Notes under the pieces: generated by a model
The model's input: the letters and a program-made list of their open reading frames with translations, nothing else
The model's database searches: none
Told to the model about the DNA's origin: nothing
Made by a program: the position numbers and the translations under genes
Assembly (NCBI GenBank): GCA_964016885.1
Contig: OZ024742.1
Coordinates: 55,366,001 to 55,430,000 of the forward strand
Direction of reading: 5' to 3'
Length of the DNA stretch: 64,000 bases
Source: Eledone cirrhosa
Taxonomy: Eukaryota
Shown: positions 13,501 to 25,410 of the stretch, in pieces
Layout: the number at the start of each line of letters is the position of its first letter
Position numbering within the stretch: position 1 is the first letter of the stretch

Positions 13501-14407
13501 TTGGACATGCCGTGGCTAATGATGTGCAAACATCTGCTGAGGTTGTGGCATCTCCAGATATTCTGCCCAAATCGTTAACAGGTGTGGTCGCCGTTTGTCA
13601 GATGGTCTTCTCTGCAGCTCGTCTCTTTGACTCAGCTGCAGTCCTGGGTCAAGAAGAGACCGAGACTGGCGATTGGCATCTTGAATGTTGCCAGGCGAAC
13701 CCTGCCTTCTACCAGGTGGGGTGGGAAATGCGGTCAGTGGAACTTCCACTCAAGAGTTCTATAGAGGAGCAGTGGTAGGAGGTGCGACAACGCACTTGGA
13801 GAGATTCTAAGCGTCGAAGAGAACGAACTAGTCAGATTTTCCCGAGGATTTTCGAGTCGGACAATTTCCAGAAATCTTTCGCTTGGCAATGGAGACCTGC
13901 CTGTTCAGACAGAGATTTCCGATGCGCACAGAGCGACGAAACCGTTTTGCACGCACTCGTCCAGTGCCCGTGTATTTCTGACTTATGGAGTTATGTCGAA
14001 CAGCTGTTATCGCGTGTGGACCAATCCGGCTATCGACTGAGTCCATAGTGAAGATCGCCTAACGACCTTCTTTTGGTCGGGAAGAGCAGGCAATTTTACT
14101 TTGTCTGATAGCTGTAGCGAAAAGGTGGTGAGGTGGGCGCGTCTGAAAGGTCTTAAAACAGACACTTTCCTCTTCAGCCATGCCCCCTCAACTTTTTCAA
14201 GTTAAACTTGGAAAGGAAAATGAAGGTGGGTGGAGAGATATATGCTGGCCCCCAGATCATTTTTTAAAAGGTGGGTAATTGCTGCGAGGATGTCTTTTTC
14301 TTTGTTTTTTTTACGCGCAGAAATGCCCATTGGTACTGTCCTGTACAGCCCTGTGCTATCCTTATTGTTATACTTTATGTCAACCTTCGTGGTTAATAAT
14401 GAAAACA
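10600..14407 (+). mobile_element. Older, decayed near-full-length L1/Tx1 LINE
   Basis: Asn/Thr-rich ORF1 remnant, endonuclease remnant (GGWNGSLDASWDCVG), RT remnant (SAYVDDIT), zinc knuckle CAQSDETVLHALVQC; similar 3' UTR then (ATT)n. Confidence 0.9.
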
Positions 14408-14420
14408 TTATTATTATTAT

Positions 14421-14635
14421 TGCAGTATCGATAGAGAGTCGGAGCCATGCTTTCCAGCATAGAGTTACGTCCCTTTATGGTCAGATTTCAGACCCCGCCG
14501 AGTTTAACTTTGCCTTTCTTCCTTACAGGGTTAATAAAATGAAGTACCAGTCACGCACTGGGGTCGATTTAATCGACCGTACCCTTCCCCACAATTGCTG
14601 GCCTTGTGTCTAAGAAACCATTATTATTATTATAA
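14421..14635 (+). mobile_element. Main-family SINE (diverged) within the (ATT)n tract at the Tx1 3' end
   Basis: CTTTGCCTTTCTTCCTTACAGGGT...GCTGGCCTTGTG...AGAAACCATTATT. Confidence 0.85.
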
Positions 14636-15289
14636 ATAGAGTGGATGTAATCATAGTGGCTCTGCGGAAGACTTACATTTGCCAATAGATGATTTACAAA
14701 CTGTTCAAAGTCCAGTGGGTCTGCTTCGGGGTAGAAAAATATGTTCTCTCTTTAGATTATATATTGCAGATTTTGTTATATAACTGTCTGCTTATATATC
14801 AAAATGGCTTCATCTGCTAGGGCATTGGTGAGAGTATTAGCAAATAAGATGGTAACACCAAGCATGCGTTGAAGGAAATATTCGTAAAAGAATCAATACA
14901 AAATTAAAAACAGACAAAAACTAACAACATGAAAACGAGCAGCAATATAGAATACACATATATCTAAACTCTCTGAGAAGCGAAACAAAAGAAATTTATA
15001 TTCTTAATTAAATGTGTGAATATCACTAAGATGGTGATCAACAAAGGCTTCGTGGATATAGTTCGAATCGCGAGAGATTCGCATCTGAGATGTGCGACGA
15101 GATGGTCAGAGGATTGTTAATCCACCAAAGAAAATGCTCAGTGATAACGTCACTTTGCAACATTAAAGATGAAGGTAGCTTTCATAAATCCTCTACAGGA
15201 GATAAGAGAGGCTTATGTGTGAAACTATAGAGTTTGAATCGTCTAGTGTTGGACACAATTCCTGCACTCCGGAACCTCTACACCGCTGA

Positions 15290-15470
15290 TGATTTCTGAT
15301 TTAGGCTCGCCAATTTAGGATTTGGGCAATGTTGATAAAATCAACCCCATTCTTTGAATGGTAATATATTTTATCGACTAAGTAAGGATTAATTACGAAG
15401 TAGGTCTTGGCAGGATGGGAAGAGCCAAATACCACAATCGCATTGTGTCCAGCGCCCTACGTATTCTGCC
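15290..15470 (-). mobile_element. Old SINE copy
   Basis: Degenerate reverse-complement match (ATTTTATCGAC, TTTCTGATTTAGG). Confidence 0.6.
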
Positions 15471-17447
15471 AGTATTTATTCTACAACTGACATATCCTCT
15501 TGCCTCGTTGCTATGGTACTTCCTCAGTAAATATGTGATTTTTGGTTGTAAGGACTATGTTCAGAATATCCACTCCAGGATTATGTCTTGTTGTGAATGC
15601 ATAAAAAACAATGATAGCAGATATATAGGGGCAAGTCTATGCTCTACACCTGCGACAGTAAATGAAGGGATTCCTCTCAGGAAAAAACTGGAAAGGGAAA
15701 TAAATAGAGAAAGAATGACAGACATCAACAAAAATCAAAGTGTAGTAACTGTTCTTATCAGTGTAATATCTGATACGTTCCCCAAATGAGATGATCGATA
15801 TTAAACTGATTTTAAGATCTAGATGAACAATTAGCAGCTTGCTTCGCCATAGCCACGGGTTGTTCTGGTGTTGCAGACATCAAAAGCAGCAAATAACATA
15901 GCTGTTATTGTTTTCCTCCCAACACTGTTAAAACACGGAAAAGAGCAGAACAATTTCACAAACCTTCATTAAACTAGTAACATTCCATCGTCATATATTA
16001 GAGCAAGGACACAGACGGTGGAAAAAGTAGAATAAATATTAGACCCTATCCCCATTACGAAATATAATTCTAAGGTGTAAGTAAGTAACACATTCAAGTA
16101 GAACGTTCGACCGTCTCAATGGTTTTCATAATTCATCGTAGAGGAGGCAATGATATTTTAAATAGTTTACAAGAACCTTTCGTGGAAATGAGAATGGAAA
16201 ATACAGAATATATGGCAAAACGAGATGAGATGTTACAAAGCATGCAGAATATAGGTAGTTTATAAACTTAGTTTTAAACATTCCGTAATGTTTGCTGGTT
16301 GTAGATTTAATGAGGATGTTGCTTCTCAACAATATCTGGATCACAACTCTTATGAGCCTGTAGATGTGATGTAAGACGAATATGTGAAAGATAAACCAGG
16401 GTTGTATGAAGATCAATATTGTGTTGAATGACTAAATTAGATAACTCTATCTGTCTGCTCTTTAATTATAACATTGTCTTGTGCGTTCAACTTCGAACTG
16501 TTGCACATCGACATATACAACTCTCTCCAGACCTTTCTATCCACAGCAAGTCCTGGAATCGTGGCAGTATTTTCGCAAGATGCGAGTATACTCTTCAGTT
16601 GGAATTTTTGATGCTTCTTAACAGAATGCATTTTACTTGGCACTCGGTACTCGTTCACACGGAAGTAGCGGCCAGCTCAATGGGTACAAATCTATTGAAT
16701 TACACAAGAGTCATGACCGCTCTATTGCATGCTCCCAAAGGCTGAATTGCATATGATTAGTAACGTGACAATATTCAATAGGAATCGATAATGGACACTG
16801 GTGTAGAGACACCTCAACTGCTAAAAGAGTTTCCCTTAAATTATATTTAATCCTATCTGTATTTATATTAAGTTAATAATCTTGCGTTAAAATTAACAAG
16901 CTTTAGTGATATCACATAGTAATTTACTACATGTTCCATCTCCACTCGTACTGTTGTTTATCACCACACCTTTATTAATATTTCCGTATTGGACATGCCT
17001 ATAAAATAATATGGTCATTAATAATATTTCATTTATTATAATTGTTGCTTCTTGCCAAGTTCAATTTTGGTGAGCTCTAAAATATTCTACTAATATCGTA
17101 TATATATATTAAACGAAAAGTGTTTCCTTTCGAATTATTTCATATCAAAATCCCATTTGGTAAACATAGATCTGTGTCTCAGATTAGGAGTATATTTTAT
17201 GATTATTTTTTCAAAATAATTAGTTTTCTTTTCGTACATAACATTTGGCATCTATAACACCAGCAGAGGTGAACGAACACACGACAAAAATTAATAATAA
17301 ACATGATTTATAAACAAAATAATTAATATTAGAAGCAGAGATCAATAACTTGGAAAACAGATATGATTATTCTGTAAATATTATTAATATTGAATTGAAA
17401 AATAACCGTGATGTTGCTAATAGAAACAATAAAGATATCTACAAAAT

Positions 17448-17481
<34 letters not shown>

Positions 17482-18977
17482 GCGCGTGCGTGCATGCTGT
17501 TGAAAATGTAAATAAATATTTCTTGAAGCGAAATTTCTGATTCTGTTATGAGAGCAGACGAAAATCTGAACCTACCCACAATTAGTCGAAATTTAACAAT
17601 TCGGAAAATATTTGAAGTACAGATATATCTTTTACGAACGAATATGTATGTCACTTGGCAAGGAAAACGTTACCTATTGTGCATAATACAAGAGCTTCTA
17701 GCCTTAATTTTTCCGCAAAATAACAATTAGACGAAACCTTCTCCAACGTTTGGTGACAAATAATCAACAGCAAACTTTGGGAAGGTCTAGTAGACTGCCT
17801 AGCTTGTAGTTACGTATGAGGACAGAGAGAAATAACGAGCTGAAATTCTGAGACGAACAACACTCATATATTTTTTAATAAATATATGGAGAAAAAAAGA
17901 ACAAGGAAAGAGGCAGAAGTATATTTATGTAGAGGTGGGCACCTCGCTCAGCATCAACGTTATATAGCAAAGAGTGTCCGACCGAGGCAGTGTGCATACA
18001 TTAGATGGAATAGAGATAAAATGAAGTCGGAGGTGAGTTGCAGCTCCTTGTTGGAAAGGCATCAATGATATTTCTGTTAGCCACTTTGCCAGTAGCGTCT
18101 CTCATCGCGTCACAGATTGCTCTCTGTAATTGATTTGATTTTGGAACCTATCGAGATTAATAGTTCACTCCCCAAACGCATACCCGTCATTTTCTGGTAA
18201 TCAGAATCAAATGTGGTAAGGAGGTGCTGAGTTCATTAACATTGAAATTAAAAAAATAATATTCCACAAAATAATGTGGGTGCTGTATCGCTTCAGAACA
18301 CGAGCATGATAACCACAGTTTTTCGTATATTAAACGAACAACCATTTCGTTGTCTAAATGATATACACGAGTAATATGGAACCTCACTGGCAAACACCAG
18401 AATAGCTAGCATCCCACAATTGAAGACCTGTGTGAATGACAGACACCTTGGACAATTGCGCTGCTTTATACATTAGTAAATACTGTATTCATATCACAGC
18501 AAAAATGAGCCCTTTTATGGCCGGTCTTGGCAGGCGACCTTGCCAGGCGTGTTTTCTAAAAGGCACAATATGAATTAAAAAGACACAGTCCGGGAGTGTG
18601 GAAGTAATCAGAAATATTAAATATTTCATTACTATGTAGGTAGACAATGACGTCATGTTCAATTGAATTTTTTTGTTTGTCGAAGTTTTTCATCACTTTT
18701 TCTAATTCTAAAATGTTTAATTTATGAAGAACTTACTCGGTTTTAAATGTTTTCCACACCAATTATACTGTAAACTCTTTGTTCATTCATGCTTGGTGTA
18801 CTGTTTATGTGAACAATTTGTTGCTAAAATCGATTTTTATTAATAATATTATTATTTTTATTGTTTTTACTTTACCTTCAGTATTGTTTCTGATATATCC
18901 CGATTGTCTTCCTGACACCTAACGCATATAAATTCACTGTATACATTGGTACTCACCACATTGATTATAATGTACAG

Positions 18978-19014
<37 letters not shown>

Positions 19015-19039
19015 GAGAGAGAGAGATAGAGAGAGAGAG

Positions 19040-19655
<616 letters not shown>

Positions 19656-19667
19656 GTCAGAAAGGTT

Positions 19668-20760
19668 CTAGTTCATAAGAAAATTAGGTTGTTGTTGTTC
19701 AATCCGGAGCGTTGTAGTAATGTAAGAGGTGTTTTCAGACATGTGGCCAACGTGTGAAGAATTCATTTTACTTGAGTTTAGGCAATCGCTATTCCCTAAT
19801 CTCTTTAGAATATTTATTCGTTTATCAATACATAGTCCACAAGTCGGATTGCCCCTTGCGTATGGCTTGGACTTAGTGATGGCTTTCCATCGAATGGAGC
19901 AGTCTATACTTGAGTCCTTGAAGGACCATACGTGGCTCGTGAGATTCGTGGATGATCGTTTGTCCGGGTACGACTGATGGTTCCGGAAGCGTTCCTTAAA
20001 TCGGCCCTCCGCCATACCGGCATAGGATTTGACCTCCTGTGGTTGATTTGGTCGGTGGAAGTGACCACAGCTTCATAAACTACAGCGAATGTGTTGCATT
20101 GCTGTTGAAGGGGACAAACTTCAGGCTTTCGGCAAGAGCACCCTGGTGGGGTGTTACTCTTAGGGCTGTTGGTGACGTGGGACTTCATATTCTTAGCGCA
20201 GGAGTACCCTAGTTTTACTTTGTATCTGTTAAATATGGAGCGGTATTTGTGACCTATGTGAAAGTGTCTATCTAAGAGGACTAAACACATTTTCCTACTT
20301 TCGTTTTAATGTTGAGTGAGATGGGAGGAGAGAACCAGATAGTTTGTGTATTGTTATGCTTTCGTTTCTTATTACTGTTGTTGTTAGTAGGAGAGTAAGT
20401 GATAGGTTGCGAGAAGCCGCTGTTAGCTAACGCCGTGTTATAGTAATGTGCGCTCTGTCAAAGGTAGCCTTATTAGAGAGAAGTTAGAGATTTTCCTACT
20501 GATATTATTTACGAAGTATCTAAAAACAGTGGGAGGGTGGCATGAGTCCTTGTGAATGTAAATGATTTTCGTTAAGGTTATGGAAGAGCCTGTAGGTGTG
20601 TGGTCGAAGAAATCTACGCTAGAGAGGTTGGTAGCTACTGTTATCCGAAGTCCTAACTCATTGAAGGTAGAAGTTAAGTCTTTTTTAAACCGGTCGAGGT
20701 TGTGACCACTTTTATGGCTCGATAAGGTCAGGCCATCGTCGCGGTATATTGCCGTCATTA
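19668..20760 (-). mobile_element. Penelope-like retroelement, 5'-truncated, RT C-terminus plus GIY-YIG endonuclease (pseudogenised)
   Basis: YRDDGL, YIHKDSCHPP, IWFSPP, FNRYKVKLGYSC, CSCRKPEVCPL, VVYEA...YAGMAEGRFKERFRNH, CGLC. Confidence 0.93.
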
Positions 20761-20782
20761 AGTGGTTTAACTCCTTCAAATC

Positions 20783-21097
20783 CAAAAATAAATAAAACAA
20801 AACGAAGAACAAAAACAAAAACACACACAGTTACGTAGGTATTATAAGTCGTTAGGTAAATAATATATCTTGATAGTTTTTATTGAAATATCTAAATTTT
20901 ATACGACTTTGATGACTTAAACTTTATTCCATTTGAAGTGACCAATAATGTCTTTTAAGTAATTTTAATATTAATTAATTTAATAAGGTTTTCTATTCAA
21001 TTCTTTGGTTTAGATTAATATCATCTATATTTACCTAACGACTTATAATACCTACGTAACTGTTTTTGTTTTTGTTCTTCGTTTTATTTTATTTTTT
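20783..21097. repeat. Inverted repeat, arms about 70-80 bp
   Basis: ACAGTTACGTAGGTATTATAAGTCGTTAGGTAAAT (about 20827) versus its reverse complement (about 21029-21063), with flanking A-rich and T-rich blocks also matching. Confidence 0.9.
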
Positions 21098-21962
21098 TTT
21101 TTACTACTACATGCTGTCTGTCTTCCTATCATATGTTATTGCATCATAATATGTCTCCCTATATCAATCGCGTAAATATGTCTTAAGCATTTTCCATTGA
21201 CTCTGTCTGTCTGCTATTATAATATTAACATTGATATATCATATTATTTTTATGTAATTGAAATATAGATATTAATATATGTCAGATATTTGAGGTACTG
21301 TTTTGTAATATTTTGTAATATTTTATGAATGTAAACTGCCTATACCTCTATGTATTTATTGTCAATACTTTATGTATTTATATATATTTTTCAACATACT
21401 TTAGTTTTATATGATATTTTTTTCTTACCCTGTGAAAAACTTTATATACAATTTGTTGACCGTAAATGATATGTATGATGTAGTCTTGTATATTTTTTTA
21501 TGTCAGTATATTATTCTATTGTTTTTTGTATTGTTTATGCACACTGTCAGGGTGATTATTCTATTATAAAGGTTTTTTATATTATAACGAATATATTTAT
21601 ATTTAAATACTTAATAAGTGTTAGTATGTGTTTGTGTAAATGTGTATATATATGGATATATATATATATACATATATTAAGCTTTTTATTTCCTATTATC
21701 CATTATGTTCTATTCTATATCATATTGTAATTCTCACATTATATTACCATGTTGTGTTTCATGTATTTGCCTTATACTGTACTTTCAACGTAGGTTTGAC
21801 ATGTTACTCGCTTTCTTGCTCTATAGTATATATTTGTAACTGCACACTTTTAGCTTTAGCATGCTTTTCCTTGATATCTTTCCTAAGCTTTGATAGATAT
21901 AAATTCCCTATTCTTCTGAGTTTTGGTTGTTCTGGCCGTTAATGCTTCTTGTATCTTTACTT

Positions 21963-22003
21963 GCCCTGATGAGTCCTTATTAATGGGACGAAACATTGTT
22001 GGC
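21963..22003 (+). ncRNA. Canonical minimal type I hammerhead ribozyme motif
   Basis: GCC-CTGATGA-GTCCT/tattaat/GGGAC-GAAA-CATTG-TT-GGC then AATAAA. Confidence 0.88.
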
Positions 22004-22151
22004 TAATAAAGACTTTTGATGTATTGAATGCTTATTTATTTAACTTTTATAATTGTTCGGCTCTGTTGGATTACATTGAGCTATATCTTATACTGTCATT
22101 TCTATAATACGACGAGTGTGTTTAACTCCAACGCACTCTAATATTTCAATT

Positions 22152-22249
<98 letters not shown>

Positions 22250-22452
22250 GTAATAATAAAATGTGGAGAGGAAGCACACGAGTTAGGATATATTAGAATT
22301 GGTGCTCTGAAATAGCGATATATATATGAATGTATATATAGTGTATATTGCAATACACTGTATGCTAAATTAAAAGCATTTTGAAGACCATGCGCTATTG
22401 TTTTAAAGTAGTGACAGTGTCACTTACTTAAATGTTCAACCAGCAGGGGAGA

Positions 22453-22500
22453 TAAGCTGACAGAGCTCTGTTTCGTACTTGTTGGTACTTATCAAAGCTC
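22453..22500 (-). ncRNA. Type I hammerhead motif with U3-A8 core
   Basis: GAGCT-TTGATAA-GTAC/caacaa/GTAC-GAAA-CAGAGCTCTG-TC-AGCTT. Confidence 0.85.
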
Positions 22501-22770
22501 ACTACTCTCCCTCTTTGCTGACAATTATGTGTGTTGGATTCTTATAGAATTCCAGTAATAATCAGCAACTGATTATACAAAGCGGTCACCGGTCCAGCAG
22601 AAATTGAAAATTAGAATTGGTACTCTGAAATAGTGATATATATGTGAATGTATATATAGTGTATTTTGCAATACACTGTATGCTTAATTAAAAGCATTTT
22701 GAAGACCATACGCTATTGTTTTAAAGTAGTGACAGTGACACTTACTTACATTTTCAGCAAACAGGGGAGA

Positions 22771-22819
22771 TAAGCTGACATAGCTCTGTTTCGTACTTGT
22801 TGGTACTTATCAAAGCTTA
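22771..22819 (-). ncRNA. Type I hammerhead motif with U3-A8 core
   Basis: TAAGCT-TTGATAA-GTAC/caacaa/GTAC-GAAA-CAGAGCTATG-TC-AGCTTA. Confidence 0.85.
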
Positions 22820-22890
22820 CAACTCTCCCAGTTTGTTGAAAATCATGTGTGTTGGATTCTTATAGAATTCCAGTAATATTCAGGAACTGG

Positions 22891-22966
<76 letters not shown>

Positions 22967-23055
22967 GTTTACGTGCGTGTATGTATAGATATATTTGTGT
23001 ATGTATGTATGTATGTGTATGTGTGTGTATACATATTTATATATCTGTGTGTGTT

Positions 23056-23116
<61 letters not shown>

Positions 23117-23475
23117 ATATATATGTGTATATTTATGTATATGTGTATGGAGAATTATACATGTGTATATATAGATTTTACGTTATTATTGGGTACTTGT
23201 GTGAGTGTGCGCCTGTGTGTGCGCATATGTGAGCAAAAGATCACACGTTTATATGTGTTCGTTTTTCCATATAGACACTCATACACTTATGTGAGAATCT
23301 ATACTTTTATGTACTATTGCGTATATGCGTGTGTTTGAGTGTGTGTATGTTTATGTTCTGGATATTAATTTATATGTTTTTTCCCCTCAATTTTTGCCCG
23401 TTATTTCATTTCACCCACATTTTCATTTATCCTAAACTATATTTTCAAATCCATATTTAATAAACATTCCATATT

Positions 23476-23539
23476 ATTCTTTCTGACGACTGAAGACAGA
23501 TATAAACATCTGTCCTCAAGAAACCATTGGTAAATGAAT
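23476..23539 (+). ncRNA. Type I hammerhead motif with long stem II
   Basis: ATTCTTT-CTGACGA-CTGAAGACAGAT/ataaac/ATCTGTCCTCAA-GAAA-CCATTGG-TA-AATGAAT. Confidence 0.78.
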
Positions 23540-23604
23540 TAATTATCTTAAGCGGTTTATTACATAACTATATATATATATATATAATTATTGTTATTGT
23601 TAAT

Positions 23605-23800
23605 AGGATGGTGGATTGGTAATATCAGTAGAACGTCGGAAAATATGACTTGTGGCATAGAGCTACATTCCTCTACGTTCTGAGTTCAAATCCCACCGAG
23701 GTTGGCTTTGCATTTCATCCTTACAGGGTCGATAAAATAAAGTTCCAGTAACGCACTGGGGTCCATTTAATTGTCTTTCCCCTCCCCCAAAATTAAGGAT
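23605..23800 (+). mobile_element. Main-family SINE (diverged)
   Basis: TCTGAGTTCAAATCCCACCGAGG...GTCGATAAAATAAAG. Confidence 0.85.
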
Positions 23801-24690
23801 GATTATTATACTGCCAAAAAGAAAATAACATAAACAACGCAAAAACACTTATCGTTCAAATTAAATATAAAAATAATGAAACAACCAAAGACAATTTATA
23901 AATATGCTATTTACAAAATACAAATTGCTCATACTTATGTAAAGTGGTTTCTTTAAATGACATCAACCTTGACATATACATGTACACTGAGCGAGACGTG
24001 CTCACATAGAGCAGGTTATGCCAGTATAACCATCAATAATAAGTATTTTCAAATAACGGAAGCACAACCGAATTGAACCGTGTGACATCTTGTGGGCATC
24101 TTGTGACAGAAATCTCGTTTACACGCCCGAAGAATATATTGAAAATTGGCCAGTGACTTTTTTCTAGAGGTTTGCTTCTTAACCAGTAATATCAACCCGT
24201 CATACTGCACCCGAGCTGCAGTGGATTGGTCGTCAGCTACCGCGAAAATGAAATAATGGAAGAAGGGATAGAACGTTGATAATAGATATATAAATATGAG
24301 TTTAAAATGTGAACATCGCCCCTCTCCAGAAGATGACATTAATTTAAGGTTATGGTAATGAACACGATTTCCGTCAGATCATAGCTGAGAGTTCATGAGA
24401 TCGATAAGGATGAAAATGTTCTCTGAGTAGAAATAGTTTCCATCGGTGTACAGAAGGCATGGAAGAGATAACATACCGAGGATGATTGCATCGATAATTT
24501 CCTGCAATAACTCGCTGAAGATGATGGATAACGTAAAATCACCAGCACCAAATATGTTTACAAGTATCTTTATGTGCACAAATTTCAAGGAATAAAGTGA
24601 TATGTAGGCAGTGAGAAGGCAAGAGTGTACTGTGTGTCATATGGAAATTGATTTTTTCATGTCACAAAAGATTCAATTATCTACCATTAT

Positions 24691-24803
24691 ACAAATCCCG
24701 CCGAGGTAAACTTTGCCTTTCATCGTTTCGGGGTCGATAAAATAAAGTACCAGTAATGTATTAAGATAATTGCTGGCCTTGTGTCAAAAGTAGAAACAAT
24801 TAT
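24691..24803 (+). mobile_element. 5'-truncated main-family SINE
   Basis: Starts at CAAATCCCGCCGAGG, ends GTAGAAACAATTAT. Confidence 0.88.
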
Positions 24804-25217
24804 ATTTGGAGATACATTCAGAACAGATTGGTAATGGGATGGGTTCACCTTACGTAAATACTTTCTGAGGATGGCAGGATTATATTAAAACTTGTATGTT
24901 ATAATAAACTTTCTGTAAAATATCAGCAGAACGTAGGGTTTTGGGGGGAGGGAGGAAGGAGCTCTGATCTGTAAAAGATGGAGGTGTTTCACTGTTGAGT
25001 AGGTAGTTTACTGACTTTTCATCTCACCCATATTTTTTCATTAATTTGTGCAGTTTATATAATCATATACTAATACACACATTTTCTTAAAAAACATCAT
25101 TTTAATGTACATGGTATAACAATCCGAACCCTCGACATGGCTTGTATGATTTTCTTTCATCCACAATTTATTTACGAATCTATCTTTTAGCTTTCTATTT
25201 ATACGTATGATGCACTG

Positions 25218-25410
25218 GGGGATTGGCAGTATCGGTAGAGGGTCTGACGCCATGCTTTGCAGCAACGAGTTACGGCCTTTGCCATTCTGAGTTCAAATCC
25301 CGCCGAGGTTAACTTTGCCTTTCATCCTTACGGGGGTTGATAAAATAAAGTACCAGTAATGCACTGGGATAATTGCTGGCCTTGTGCCTAAAGTAGAAAC
25401 AATTATTATT
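25218..25410 (+). mobile_element. Main-family SINE, full length
   Basis: Consensus match; shares its (ATT)n tail with the adjacent Dong LINE. Confidence 0.92.

Larger units (their letters stand above)
22292..22895 (-). mobile_element. Tandem dimer of a 318-bp non-coding unit with one hammerhead per unit (retrozyme-like or tandem pLTR)
   Basis: ATTAGAATTGG at 22292 and 22610; units highly similar; no credible ORF; microsatellites on both sides. Confidence 0.85.

Noticed and set aside
18200-18480. Possible hAT transposase C-terminal remnant
   Set aside because: Too degenerate; no TIRs or clear motif.
24230-24600. Acidic protein-like stretch, possible transposase N-terminus
   Set aside because: Multiple stops and no recognisable domain.
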